The notes beneath the pieces were generated by a model. The model was given only the letters and a program-made list of their open reading frames with translations. It ran no database searches and was not told where the DNA came from. A stretch of 63,826 nt of DNA, counting the filler, from Corallochytrium limacisporum Hawaii (lineage: Eukaryota > Protista > Pluriformea), in assembly GCA_002811645.1 (NCBI GenBank). It is 5 parts of 5 records of this genome, joined end to end, with 100 filler letters (N's around TTAATTAATTAA, not from the genome) between each part and the next. Parts side by side here need not be neighbours in the genome. Positions count along the whole stretch, not along the records: positions 12,343 to 25,222 come from PDIP01000184.1; positions 25,323 to 52,589 come from PDIP01000161.1; 3 more parts are not named here. One strand, 5' to 3'. Of the stretch, positions 21,916 through 32,376 are shown piece after piece. Positions within the stretch are counted from its first letter, which is position 1; each line of letters opens with the position of its first letter. A program made the translations under genes and the position numbers.

Positions 21916-22199
21916 GCTGTTGTGAACAAAAATCTAGCTAGAGCCTAACTATGGTGAGCGTGCACATACATGACAGTAGGACCAGTGGTGATTACATATC
22001 AGTGTCCGACTATGGAATGATCCACACCAGCAATGGGACGTTTAAATAGGTCTCTACTCCTTATGCCCTATCACACTGACATGAAAACGTCGCGGTATCA
22101 AAACACTCTCAAAAGTGTCCCGTGTTTGGAGGAGTACTACCCGTTCCAGCTGACGCCACCCACCGTATGTCAGCCTTGGGTGTCCATTTGAAAGTCTGA

Positions 22200-22640
22200 T
22201 GGAACGCCAGACCTCACCCCTCCCTCTTACCCCCCCCTTTTTTCTCCCCACCAACGGCAGGAACCGATGACCACAGCATTTGTTTCGCCATCGTTCCCTT
22301 ACACGGCCTGACCCTTGCCAACTTTGGTAGATCACTCGTCAAGCGTGTGCGGGGCTCGGGAGAAGGGCAAAGGCGCGGGGGGCGGGGAGGAGGAAGGGGA
22401 AGCGGAGCGCAGTTGCCGGAGCTAAGGAACCACCCGCCCCTGAGCTCCCTCTCCCCTCCCTCCCTCCCTGGAAAACCTTTGGGCGTTGTTTTCTTTTAAA
22501 TTTAGGGCGGGGTGTCCGGACTGTGGCAGAGGCGATGCTACGAAAGCGGACCGGAGCGGCAAGTCCAGAGCCTTCCACCCTCCTCCCCCCCCCCCCCAAA
22601 CCCGGCAAACCTTGGCGGGCCGATGACGCGCGGTGACGTG
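22200..22640. promoter_or_regulatory. GC-rich island upstream of the PH-fold gene
   Basis: C/G tracts between tandem minus-strand genes. Confidence 0.5.
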
Positions 22641-22752
22641 CAGATGATGAGCTTGGAGTTTGAAAACTGATGAACCAGGCAGCCACATGCCAGTCCCGAG
22701 AAGAACAGTGACCATTAAGAGCGAAAGAACTGACAGTACCGTACAACAGACA

Positions 22753-24321
22753 TCACTGATGGGGGCCGAAGTCAAAAACGGCCGAGTCGGACAGCAGCGA
22801 CATTGTACTGAAACTGTGCATCAGATACTGAGTGCGCGCATTGTTGTTGCTCCCGACCCCGATGCTAAGCTTAATGGGTAAATTATATCGCCTCAGTATC
22901 ATCGAGTACCAATCGAGCATGTCCAAAGTCGGTAGGAGAGACAAGCTTGGATCCTCTCCAGTCGCCAAGTGGTGCAGCTCTTCGTTCATGGCGACATACG
23001 GCACATCAAGCGTAGCGTGCGCGTAGAGTACCTTAAGCCACTGAAGATTGCGGTGGGCAGGGATCGGAGTGCTCTGTACATCTTCGGGCACAGCAATCAG
23101 TCTACCTGGGTTTAGACCGGCACTATTGCGTTGAAACCAGGCCTCTGGGTAAAGGTCATTGAATATTCCAAGCAGATCAAAATGGTTGTAGGGTCCCATG
23201 GCGAGGTGTAGAGGAAGATTGCCTTCGGCATCGGCCTGCTTAAGGGCGGATGACAGCCGTTTATCTTTTGCAGCATATCCTCTCTGGCTGTGCGAAACAC
23301 ATTCGGCTAAGGAAAGTCTGTTACTCATTACACGAAGTTTCAAGAGGCTGATCGTGTTTGGCTTTTTTAACATGGCGTGGAGGATGGTCTCACCATCATC
23401 GTTCACGTACTCGAGGTTGACCAAAGCAAGGAATGGATTTTCTATGTATTGGCGATGTCCCCTTATACCAGTTTTTTCATAGTGACCAATTTTTGCAAGT
23501 CGATCATATGACAAGAACGAGCCCGTCGCGTCTAGTTTGATGGCCATCAGCATCACATGGTTATTGCGGGCAGCTTTCAGGTTGGCCAGCACCTCCAGCC
23601 AATCTACGTACTCTTTTCCCATTAAGGCCTCCAACCCATCGCCTCTGACCAGGGATGTGATGAACAGTCGACAGTGATCCCGTTGCCGGGCCACCAACGG
23701 CTGTTCCGCATCAGTCAACGCTCGATGCAGTGCTATGGCACTGTACTGTGAACTGTGGCTCCAAAAGGAGTTATTTGGCGGCACCCAGCCCGTGGGCACC
23801 ATCGCTGCAAGCTGGTCGCACACCCCGAGAAATGCGTTCAGGTGACCCTCCGTGTTCTTGTTCATGTAAACATTAAGGTCATCAGCCCGATTCAAGGCGC
23901 AGCGACTATCATATGGCTGTACGGTGGTAGGGAACAGTACATTGTACGGCCCGACCCTTTTCTTTATACTGCATTCTTCGTGGAAGGGTTGGTCTTTTGG
24001 CAAAAGAATATCGAATGGCGCCGACAGACAGTACTGACCATCGTCAGAGTCCTGATCATTTGATTTCAAAGGTTGCGCATGATCATTGACTGTCTCTGAA
24101 TCTTGAAATGGATGTGGGCGCGGAGGAAGAGATTCTGTTGTCGTCTGACCAGGTTCCCGTAAGCCAGAACTGCGTAGCGGATACAGGCAGATCATCCAAA
24201 GCCATTCAGGGCGGAGAACCAAGATCATGCCGGTCACAATTCCTGAAAGATACAAAACTGTGACTGAAAGGAGCACTCTGCGCCGCGCCTGGCGCCCAGA
24301 GACTTGTGTTTGCGTGCTCAT
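22753..24321 (-). CDS. Signal-anchored protein with ankyrin-like repeats
   Basis: 522-aa ORF; RRR then a hydrophobic segment; DDGETILHAML, DAEGNLPLHLA and RNSAGLNP ankyrin-like motifs. Confidence 0.65.
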   Translation of the reverse strand: MSTQTQVSGRQARRRVLLSVTVLYLSGIVTGMILVLRPEWLWMICLYPLRSSGLREPGQTTTESLPPRPHPFQDSETVNDHAQPLKSNDQDSDDGQYCLSAPFDILLPKDQPFHEECSIKKRVGPYNVLFPTTVQPYDSRCALNRADDLNVYMNKNTEGHLNAFLGVCDQLAAMVPTGWVPPNNSFWSHSSQYSAIALHRALTDAEQPLVARQRDHCRLFITSLVRGDGLEALMGKEYVDWLEVLANLKAARNNHVMLMAIKLDATGSFLSYDRLAKIGHYEKTGIRGHRQYIENPFLALVNLEYVNDDGETILHAMLKKPNTISLLKLRVMSNRLSLAECVSHSQRGYAAKDKRLSSALKQADAEGNLPLHLAMGPYNHFDLLGIFNDLYPEAWFQRNSAGLNPGRLIAVPEDVQSTPIPAHRNLQWLKVLYAHATLDVPYVAMNEELHHLATGEDPSLSLLPTLDMLDWYSMILRRYNLPIKLSIGVGSNNNARTQYLMHSFSTMSLLSDSAVFDFGPHQ

Positions 24322-24940
24322 CGAACTTAGCCTTGACTGCCAACTTTTCTACCTATCCTCTTTATGTGTGTTGTCATTATCCCTAGACTCTGCATTGATT
24401 GATATGACTCTTTCAATTACCCTACAAGGCCCGGTTCCTTCGCACAATGAGTGTTCTGTTCTTCCCGACCAATCCCGTCGAGAACAAATAGAAATCACAA
24501 TTGGTCTTATCCCCGCCATCGAGATCACTTTGGAAGGCATTGTGGCAGCTCTATTGGCGTCCGCCGACCCACCCCCCCCTTCCCTTGAAAGTACTATAGT
24601 ATTTCATGAACTCATGAGACTGACTTGTGGATTTTTTCCCCATTTCATTCAATGAAAATTCTCCGCTTTGGCGGGGGCTGACTTGACATTGTCTCACCGA
24701 TGCACGCAAAGTGAAGGAGTACAGTCACTCCAGCAACGCAATTGCACACCGAAGCCAATACGAAAAGCCGCGAAAACGTCAGGCAGTCCCCCTAAGACGG
24801 CTGTGCGCACTCTCCGTGCATGGACCGGCAGCAAACATTGTCGAAGGTAAACACTGCGTCCTTCATCATTTCAGCAAGGGGACAGCCCCACCACAGGGAA
24901 AGGGGAAGGTGAACCACAAGACCAGCCATGAGGCGGTCCG

Positions 24941-25070
24941 TGCATACCGGGTAGAAGGGGGAAGGATGCATACCGGGTAGAAGGGGGAAGGATGCATACC
25001 GGGTAGAAGGGGGGAGGATGCATACCGGGTAGAAGGGAGGAGGATGCATACCGGGTAGAAGGGGGGAGGG
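24941..25070 (+). repeat. Minisatellite, 5 x 26 bp (TGCATACCGGGTAGAAGGGGGAAGGA)
   Basis: Units start at 24941, 24967, 24993, 25019 and 25045, with 0-2 purine substitutions each and no spacers. Confidence 0.95.
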
Positions 25071-25222
25071 GGGGACCGCCGACTGACCCGTTCCCTTCGC
25101 CGCTCCTGGGGGTTCTAAACTGCGGTCCTAGAATCAATAACGGCAAAAAGTTTGCGAAAAAAAAAAAAAAAAGAAAAAAAAGACAGGAAAGAGAAAACCA
25201 CCAACATCAGGAATTCCCATCT

Positions 25223-25322
25223 NNNNNNNNNNNNNNNNNNNNNNNNNNNNNNNNNNNNNNNNNNNNTTAATTAATTAANNNNNNNNNNNNNNNNNNNNNN
25301 NNNNNNNNNNNNNNNNNNNNNN
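25223..25322. other. Artificial contig linker
   Basis: Same 44N-TTAATTAATTAA-44N cassette. Confidence 0.97.
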
Positions 25323-26110
25323 CCAAGCGACGGCAGAGCTAAATCAAAAAGAGTAGATTTGATACAATATTCCCAGACAGAGGGTGGTATACGCATTACT
25401 TGTCTTAGTCTGCCAAGATAGGGAATACAGGTGTAATTCAGTGTTTTTGCGGCCCGCATCGTTCGCACAGGTTTGCTCAGACACGCATCGGAGTACCCAT
25501 TCGAGTACACCAATACCACTCGTGCTGAATTGTGGTAGCATGGCAGAGAACAGGTAATGAATTAAAAAAAAGCAGGGTCAAACAGGAGGAACTGATGGCC
25601 CCAAGTCCCTGCCGACGAATACAGCCAACATATCACTATCGGATCAGGTTCATTTTCGCAATAACTTGGTTGACAAGATCCCGACTTGTCTGAGGTTGAC
25701 CCGGACGGGAACAAAAAACACTCGGCGTTGCCGCTCCGGCTGGTTACTGGCCATTCTCAGTGCCCCGTCTGCAGTACTGTGATACCCGGCTAGTTCGCAC
25801 ACTGAAAAGCCAGTAGGGACGACAATTGAGCCAAGCGGGGGATTGTACTTTCGGTCACTTTGCGGTGTTGTTGCAAAGTGACGGGCTGCAGTTCCTCAGC
25901 CATAGATGTCCGTCTGCATTCTGGAACTCTGTCGTCTGTCGTTGCTGACAGGCACGCGTGAATTTCGACTTGATCGCCTCGAATCTACTTGAAGCTGTGT
26001 ACTTTCCCTAATACGATAAGGCTAGCGAAGGAAGCATTGCCACAGTGTAGAATCCTGTGACAAGGAAAGAATTGTGTGAGAGATCTATCCCAAAATTCGA
26101 AGTTGCAACA

Positions 26111-27532
26111 ATGGCCCCGAACAGCAGTGTCATCGCTTTCGCACCGTTGGAAAATGGTGTAACTCCACAGCAACTTGCCGCTTACAACACGGCCTTTGTC
26201 AAGGACAGCAAGAACGCGCTGGCCATGAACGTTGTTTGCAACCAGAAGATCGACGATGTTGTCCTGGTCCGAGAGCGTGTCATTCACGCTCAGCAGCACC
26301 AGTACTCAGTGAAGATTCCGAAGGAGGCCAAGTGCACGAGCCAGAAACAGAGCGGTCGTTGCTGGATCTTCGCATGTATGAACACGATGCGCCTCAAGAT
26401 GATGAAGGAGTACGGCCTGGAAGATACCTTTGAGCTGTCCCAGACCTATCTCTTCTTCTATGATAAGCTTGAGCGCAGCAACTACTTCCTCAATGCCATG
26501 ATCGAAAGTGCAGGTGAGGATCGGGATAGTCGCATGATTCAGCATATGTTAGCCGATCCAATCAATGACGGTGGACAGTACGATATGCTCAGGGCCCTCA
26601 TTGTCAAGTATGGTGTGATGCCAAAGAGTGCGTTCCCGGAATCTCAGCACAGTTGCCTGACCCGGCCCATGAACTCTATCATTGTGGGCAAACTTCGCGA
26701 GTTTACAAAGGAGCTCCGGGATATCGTCAACAGCGGCGCGGGTGTAGCGAAAGCTTTCGCGCGCAAGGAAGAAATGATGCATGACATTTATAAGATTCTC
26801 AGCATCACTCTCGGCGCTCCTCCCGCCACATTTGATTGGTCCTACCGTGACTCGGACAAGAACTTCCACCGCTACACCAACTTAACTCCCCAGCAATTCT
26901 ATAAGGACTTTGTGAAGTATCCGGTGGAGAACATGGTCAGTGTGATCCACGACCCTCGCAATGAGTACAATAAGACGTACACGGTCAAGTACCTGGGCAA
27001 CGTGTGGGGTGGCATGATGGTCAAATACCTGAACTGTCCCATCGACACCCTGAAAGAGATTGCTATCAAGGAACTCGAGGAGGGTCTGCCAGTCTGGTTC
27101 GGCTGCGATGTGAACAAGTTCCTCGATCGCAAATTGGGCGCCATGGACCTGGATCTGAAGAATTACAAGCTCCTCTACGACGTGGACTTCTGCCAGCTCA
27201 GCAAAGCGGACCGTCTTCAGTACGGCCAGAGCTTGATGACTCATGCCATGGTATTCACCGGTGTAGACCTGGACGAGAACAAGAAGCCGAAGAAGTGGCG
27301 CGTTGAGAATTCTTGGGGCACGGACAACGGAGACAGCGGCTATTTCAGCATGACTGACGATTGGTTCAACGAGTACATGTACCAGGTCGTTGTGGACAAG
27401 ACCAAACTGCCCGCTGAGCTGCAGAAAGCCTTTGAGAGCGAGGTGGTCGAGCTCCCACCGTGGGATCCAATGGGTGCTCTGGCCTGCCGAGACTGCTGCG
27501 GTGATGGCATGGCTCAGGGATCGCGTCTGTAA
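26111..27532 (+). CDS. BLMH: Bleomycin hydrolase / cysteine aminopeptidase (peptidase C1B)
   Basis: QKQSGRCWIFA (catalytic Cys), FELSQTYLFFYDKLERSNYFL, DGGQYDM, VWFGCDV, SLMTHAMVFTGV, WRVENSWG and PWDPMGALA; first ATG at 26111 in ACA-ATG context. Confidence 0.95.
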   Translation: MAPNSSVIAFAPLENGVTPQQLAAYNTAFVKDSKNALAMNVVCNQKIDDVVLVRERVIHAQQHQYSVKIPKEAKCTSQKQSGRCWIFACMNTMRLKMMKEYGLEDTFELSQTYLFFYDKLERSNYFLNAMIESAGEDRDSRMIQHMLADPINDGGQYDMLRALIVKYGVMPKSAFPESQHSCLTRPMNSIIVGKLREFTKELRDIVNSGAGVAKAFARKEEMMHDIYKILSITLGAPPATFDWSYRDSDKNFHRYTNLTPQQFYKDFVKYPVENMVSVIHDPRNEYNKTYTVKYLGNVWGGMMVKYLNCPIDTLKEIAIKELEEGLPVWFGCDVNKFLDRKLGAMDLDLKNYKLLYDVDFCQLSKADRLQYGQSLMTHAMVFTGVDLDENKKPKKWRVENSWGTDNGDSGYFSMTDDWFNEYMYQVVVDKTKLPAELQKAFESEVVELPPWDPMGALACRDCCGDGMAQGSRL

Positions 27533-28069
27533 CTACAAAAAATATCCATCAACCACAACATCATCGACACAACCACATGCCACTGATTCAGTTTCGGTTG
27601 TAAGCATGTGCTCATTATGTATCCTCGTCGATGGCCATTCTAGTCGATGTAATACAATCGGATATCTACTACTTTTGTGTGGGTTAGAACCTTGCCGTGA
27701 AACAGACTCCCAACTGCGCCGACCCCTTCGCCGAGAGCGGGTCTCCTGGAGCGCGGGGCTTCTGGAGGTGGCCGGCAGCCAAGCTTTCCGAAGAGAAAAA
27801 CGGATAGTAATCCGCTCATTACAGTGTAAATGCTACTTTAGGTTCCGCATCTGTGTTTTATTGAATGCTTACAAGCGATCAACCATAGATCATGTGATCA
27901 AGTGTATTAAACGTGTACGCAGGCTATTGCTGGACGATATCAGACTCGAAGCCTGCCCCGAGGTCTGACACGAAGCGTTAGGACGCGTACAGACGACCAC
28001 GGCGTACGGTTACACTGAATTGAGACGATGCAAGAGGTCAGGGTTGAAAGCCGATGACAGCCAGCCGCG

Positions 28070-31000
28070 ATGAATTCACAGGCAGCTTCAGTGGAGTTAA
28101 CGGAGTCGGCATTGAGCACGTCTGATTACAGGGGTTACAGAGCGACGACCAAACGGTCTTCGCACTCACCATGCTCAGCCATTGAAGACGAGTCTAAAAC
28201 CTTGGTGAATCGGCTGGCGAAGGTCACAATTGGGAAAAGTCGGAGACAATTGGGAACGAGCGAAAGCGGAATTGGCACCCAGCGGAATCGAGTCGTGCGC
28301 AATCTATGTGGTATCATTACCAGCGAGCTCACACATGATATTAGCGACCCAGGGTTGGCTCAGAAAACACGCTTGGAGGCTATCAAGCGCTTGCAGAGGT
28401 ACTCAGTCGGGGACCTGCTGCACGGGGACGGGGGAAATGACTACACAGTGGTGCAGCATAGCATTCTGCAAACACTGCAAACTGAGCCTGGACAAGGGAG
28501 ACATAGGACCGATGACTGTGCCATCAGCCGGGCCTTACTCATGTACATTGACAAGATTTTTTTTAAACTTCCCCATCAACAGCTCCTTGAGTTCCTGAGC
28601 GGACTCATCCAGGTTCTGTTCTCGCTGGCCGAGGACATTAATGTGGAGTATGACGAAGAGAAAGCCGCTAATCGGAACACCGCTAATCGGAACGCCGCTG
28701 AGCAATCTATTCTCATAGCTCTACGACCGGAGCACCAGCAAGCCCTGCGTATTACTCACTTTCTCGTCGACGTCGTGTATAGCCGCGCTCTGCAGGTATG
28801 CACACGCTGGCCCGAACAGTCGGTTCTGGATCTAGTTACCCTGGGACTCAAGTCGGTTGCCACCAATAAGGATGCGTTCACCTGCTTTGCGATGGTGAAT
28901 CCGGAGGGTACCTGGTTCTTGCAGTGGATGTCCAAGCACAACTTTGTGCGCCATATAATCTTCTTAACGTCCGTGGGGCCCAACAAACGTCGGCGATCGA
29001 TTGATGAATCCTTTATGCAAAAAGACAGAACCATTGTGGCCGGTGCAGTGTCTTTCCTACTGCGCATGTATACGGAGTACAGTCGTAGAGCCTGTGTTCT
29101 CAGCATCGTCACTAGGCATGGCGGAACCGTAGGCCTCCTAGTCAGTCCCGCGCGACAGCAACTGCTGCTCTCGATGAATGCACTAACCGCCTTGCTTTGT
29201 TCTACCGAAGGCCGTCAGTGTGTGGAGGACTGTTTAGAACAGATTGATAAGCACCAAGATATCCATGTGCATAGCCTACACCAGTTTCTACAAGATTTCA
29301 TAGTAGTGGGCCGTGAATCAGTGGTGGACCTGCCAGAACTGGCGAAATTGTCAACCAAGCATACACTACAAAATTGCTATGATGCACTGCATCTTGATTC
29401 CGACGCTCGCGTGTCAGTCACAAAGATGATTGAACTTAGCGCTTGTGTCTACCATATGCTTTTGCGTCTGGGCGAAAAGGACCTTCTCTCCTCCCCCGAT
29501 GTTCTGCAAACCATTATTGAATGCAGTCCATTCTGCACGGGTGATGATCCGCGGAGCTCGCGTGTGGCGTTGAACAAGTACGACCTGCGGAATGCTAGCT
29601 TGCTACATGCCATAGCATCATCCTCAAAGGGACGAGCATGTCTTGTCTCACACGTGGTCAGCAAGGATCCTCGGCGCCACATGATCCAATTGCTTATTGA
29701 ACGCATCCTGACGTCTTTACAGAATCACCAGCCCGAAGAGCCAATCCACCAGGTCACGCTGGCGTACCTGAATATTTGCTGTGTACTGTGCAGGCGACCC
29801 GAGCACTGCAAGTGGGCAGTTGCAGAACACGACAGGGCGAGTGGCGGCACACTTCTAGCCTGTGTCCTGGACCATGCGTCCAAGATTCTCATGTCGCAGG
29901 GAATGAGGCACCCCGCGAGTGCGCTCCTGGATGTGAAGACGGCCAGGTTTGCAATGAACGGGGACCATAAACTCTACCATCCATCCGAGGCGGATAAATG
30001 GCAGCAATCCCTGCTTCCCCACCTGGTTTCTCTATCGGTCACATCCCTGGGTGCAGCGCAGCTGCTGAAACTCGGTGCAGACAATCGTCAACACCGACGA
30101 GTGCTGCTGGCCATCTGCCGGCTTGCTGTCAGTGATGCATTCGGTCCTGTGTGTACCACTACCAATCTAATAATGCCATCAACAAGGCCCGATTGGCATG
30201 GAGTCCGCCTGCTCAGCCACTGGTGCCATGCTAAGAGTTTGGGTCTGGCTCTGCTGCGTGAAGCAGGCATAATCGATTACGCCGTCGGTCGCTTCTGCGA
30301 GATGTTGATGCCGTCGTTGCTGGTGTGCACCGAGGGTGGTCTGTACCAAACTCCTGCGGCCGCACGCGAGGAGGGTCAAGGGGTTGCTATTGCGCAAATG
30401 TCGTTACCGATGAACGAGGAAGAGGGCGCCCAGGACGAGGTCGCGTCCCGATTGGCCCTGTTAGCTGCCATCTTGACGTCTCCTCACCTTTCAACACCAA
30501 ACAGTGGTACTACAATCACGTTTGTGACGTCGATAGAGGTCCGCGTACAAGAGCGGACACCGTCCTTGGATCCGTCGTCCATCGAAACCTGGGCTTTTTA
30601 TGAAATCCTGGACCTTATTCTTCACCAAAACGTTGATCAATGCGGTGGTCTTGCGTTTGGCGGTAACTATAGTAGCCTGCGCCGCCTCGACCGGCTCTTT
30701 CGAGAGGACCTGAAGGAAGAGAGTAGCGAAACCCTCGTTCTGCAGATGTTGTGCCTAGCGGCTCGGAATCTTGACACATTCCGGAGATTGGCAGACCAAC
30801 TGCTGCTCATGCCACTCTGGCGGCGACAACTGGAGCTTCCGGTGCTATCGGTAGACCAAAGTGATGTAGAGGCTGTACAGATTGCTATAGATCCCATCAC
30901 CATTCGGCGTCAAATGATTCTTGTGCACAACATTGTGCCATTGGGAGGTCCCCTCACACGCCCGGGCTGGACGAATCTGTGCCATGCAACCTTACTCGGG

Positions 31001-32146
31001 GAACCAGAGATTCTGTTGCAAACAGTCTTCGATGCCGACTTGCCTTACAATGTTACGGAACGGCTGCAGGAAGTCATGCTGATGGCACGACCAACATCTC
31101 ACAATGGCCAAGGAGAGCGGGAACAGGTCATGCGTGGCCTTGGACTCCTGGTGCGGCGCCCCCTACACTCACCTGACACGCTTCAGGTTCGTCTGCAGAC
31201 AATGATGAAAACCAACATTGCTTCTTCGATGGATCTGAAAGATTGTGCATCCGTGGGTGATCTGCAGCGGCGACTGTTAGCGCGCCTACGCATGAGTGAA
31301 CAGCTCCAATTCTCCAGTGAAGATTACTTCACGGCCTTGTCCGAGGCCGCGAAGCACGCTCCATGGGATGGCATGGAAAACTGTGATTCTAAGCCGTTGA
31401 TGGCAATACATGGTCAACAATTCGAAGCATCTCCTGCGGGAGACTCCTTCAGCCTTGCCCTAGGTCTGCTGGCAGAACATCTCTGTTCTCTCTCTGGACG
31501 CGGCCCCTTACCTGAGGACACATTCACGCACCTGCACCATGTCATAACATTGTCTATTGCATCCACGACTGATTCCATGGACTATTTGTATATCATGCTC
31601 GCTCTGGCATCTGCAGTGCATCACCACAGTAGCCAAAGTGACGAGGCCAATGCCTCAGAGGTGGTGGCCACTGCCTGTACCGCATTTGAGAATGTCTTCC
31701 GCGCCATGCCCGTTACTGCAGGCCATGCTGCATGCGTTTGGTGGGACAGGGACAGTGAACACATCGCCTCCGTCGCCCACTGCACGGCTGTCATGCTCGC
31801 AGACGAGGTACCGGAGCTCAGTTCGGCGCTGCACATCGCGTGCATGCCCATAACCACATTGATCACACCACTACTGCAGAGTCACCTTCTCACCGTCCTG
31901 GACCTTCCGCTTGCTCTCCTCGGCCATGCCCTGAGCCTGACCTTTGGTGCACGCATGCAAGCCTGTGTCTTGGTCAGCCTCCTTAAAACATCTGCTCCGG
32001 CAATGCTCCGGGACTATCAGCTCCGAACTAATCCGTTGTTCGCCACCAAGCCGCTGGTGCTGAGCGCTGAGGACCAGGATGCTGTCGCCGGTGAGATTTT
32101 GCGGCTGTGGGAAAAAGAGACTGTCGTGAGCGCATCTGGAATGTGA
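28070..32146 (+). CDS. TBC1D32: Protein broad-minded (BROMI)-like ciliary regulator with degenerate C-terminal TBC domain
   Basis: 1358-aa helical protein. RLEAIKRL...GDLL, FAMVNPEGTWFLQWM and the C-terminal HCTAVMLADEVPELSSALHI...LLQSHLLTVLD...FGARMQACVLVSLLK resemble recalled BROMI segments; divergent. Confidence 0.65.
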   Translation: MNSQAASVELTESALSTSDYRGYRATTKRSSHSPCSAIEDESKTLVNRLAKVTIGKSRRQLGTSESGIGTQRNRVVRNLCGIITSELTHDISDPGLAQKTRLEAIKRLQRYSVGDLLHGDGGNDYTVVQHSILQTLQTEPGQGRHRTDDCAISRALLMYIDKIFFKLPHQQLLEFLSGLIQVLFSLAEDINVEYDEEKAANRNTANRNAAEQSILIALRPEHQQALRITHFLVDVVYSRALQVCTRWPEQSVLDLVTLGLKSVATNKDAFTCFAMVNPEGTWFLQWMSKHNFVRHIIFLTSVGPNKRRRSIDESFMQKDRTIVAGAVSFLLRMYTEYSRRACVLSIVTRHGGTVGLLVSPARQQLLLSMNALTALLCSTEGRQCVEDCLEQIDKHQDIHVHSLHQFLQDFIVVGRESVVDLPELAKLSTKHTLQNCYDALHLDSDARVSVTKMIELSACVYHMLLRLGEKDLLSSPDVLQTIIECSPFCTGDDPRSSRVALNKYDLRNASLLHAIASSSKGRACLVSHVVSKDPRRHMIQLLIERILTSLQNHQPEEPIHQVTLAYLNICCVLCRRPEHCKWAVAEHDRASGGTLLACVLDHASKILMSQGMRHPASALLDVKTARFAMNGDHKLYHPSEADKWQQSLLPHLVSLSVTSLGAAQLLKLGADNRQHRRVLLAICRLAVSDAFGPVCTTTNLIMPSTRPDWHGVRLLSHWCHAKSLGLALLREAGIIDYAVGRFCEMLMPSLLVCTEGGLYQTPAAAREEGQGVAIAQMSLPMNEEEGAQDEVASRLALLAAILTSPHLSTPNSGTTITFVTSIEVRVQERTPSLDPSSIETWAFYEILDLILHQNVDQCGGLAFGGNYSSLRRLDRLFREDLKEESSETLVLQMLCLAARNLDTFRRLADQLLLMPLWRRQLELPVLSVDQSDVEAVQIAIDPITIRRQMILVHNIVPLGGPLTRPGWTNLCHATLLGEPEILLQTVFDADLPYNVTERLQEVMLMARPTSHNGQGEREQVMRGLGLLVRRPLHSPDTLQVRLQTMMKTNIASSMDLKDCASVGDLQRRLLARLRMSEQLQFSSEDYFTALSEAAKHAPWDGMENCDSKPLMAIHGQQFEASPAGDSFSLALGLLAEHLCSLSGRGPLPEDTFTHLHHVITLSIASTTDSMDYLYIMLALASAVHHHSSQSDEANASEVVATACTAFENVFRAMPVTAGHAACVWWDRDSEHIASVAHCTAVMLADEVPELSSALHIACMPITTLITPLLQSHLLTVLDLPLALLGHALSLTFGARMQACVLVSLLKTSAPAMLRDYQLRTNPLFATKPLVLSAEDQDAVAGEILRLWEKETVVSASGM

Positions 32147-32376
32147 CCTGTGGGTAACAATGTAAAAAGTGAAAAGAGATGGAATTATGTGATCATGTTG
32201 TATGAGTGTAAATGATTTATGTATACAAATGGTCAGAGTTCTAAACGACAATCTGGTTGGAAGATCGTGATACTTGTATGTTTCTTGTGAATTTCAGCAC
32301 CAGTTTGATGCGATCATGTGTTTTGCCCAGCTTTCTTGGCCATCGGGTGTGTCTGAATGTGTTTACTTCGCAATGC

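Noticed and set aside
22644-22733. C/D box snoRNA (ATGATGA...CTGA)
   Set aside because: No terminal stem and no rRNA-antisense guide that I can recognise; lies antisense to a 3' UTR
24941-25070. CRISPR array
   Set aside because: Units are head-to-tail with no spacers, there are no cas genes, and the context is eukaryotic
27691-27703. RFX X-box upstream of the BROMI-like gene (CTTGCCGTGAAAC)
   Set aside because: At least two mismatches to the consensus; expected by chance
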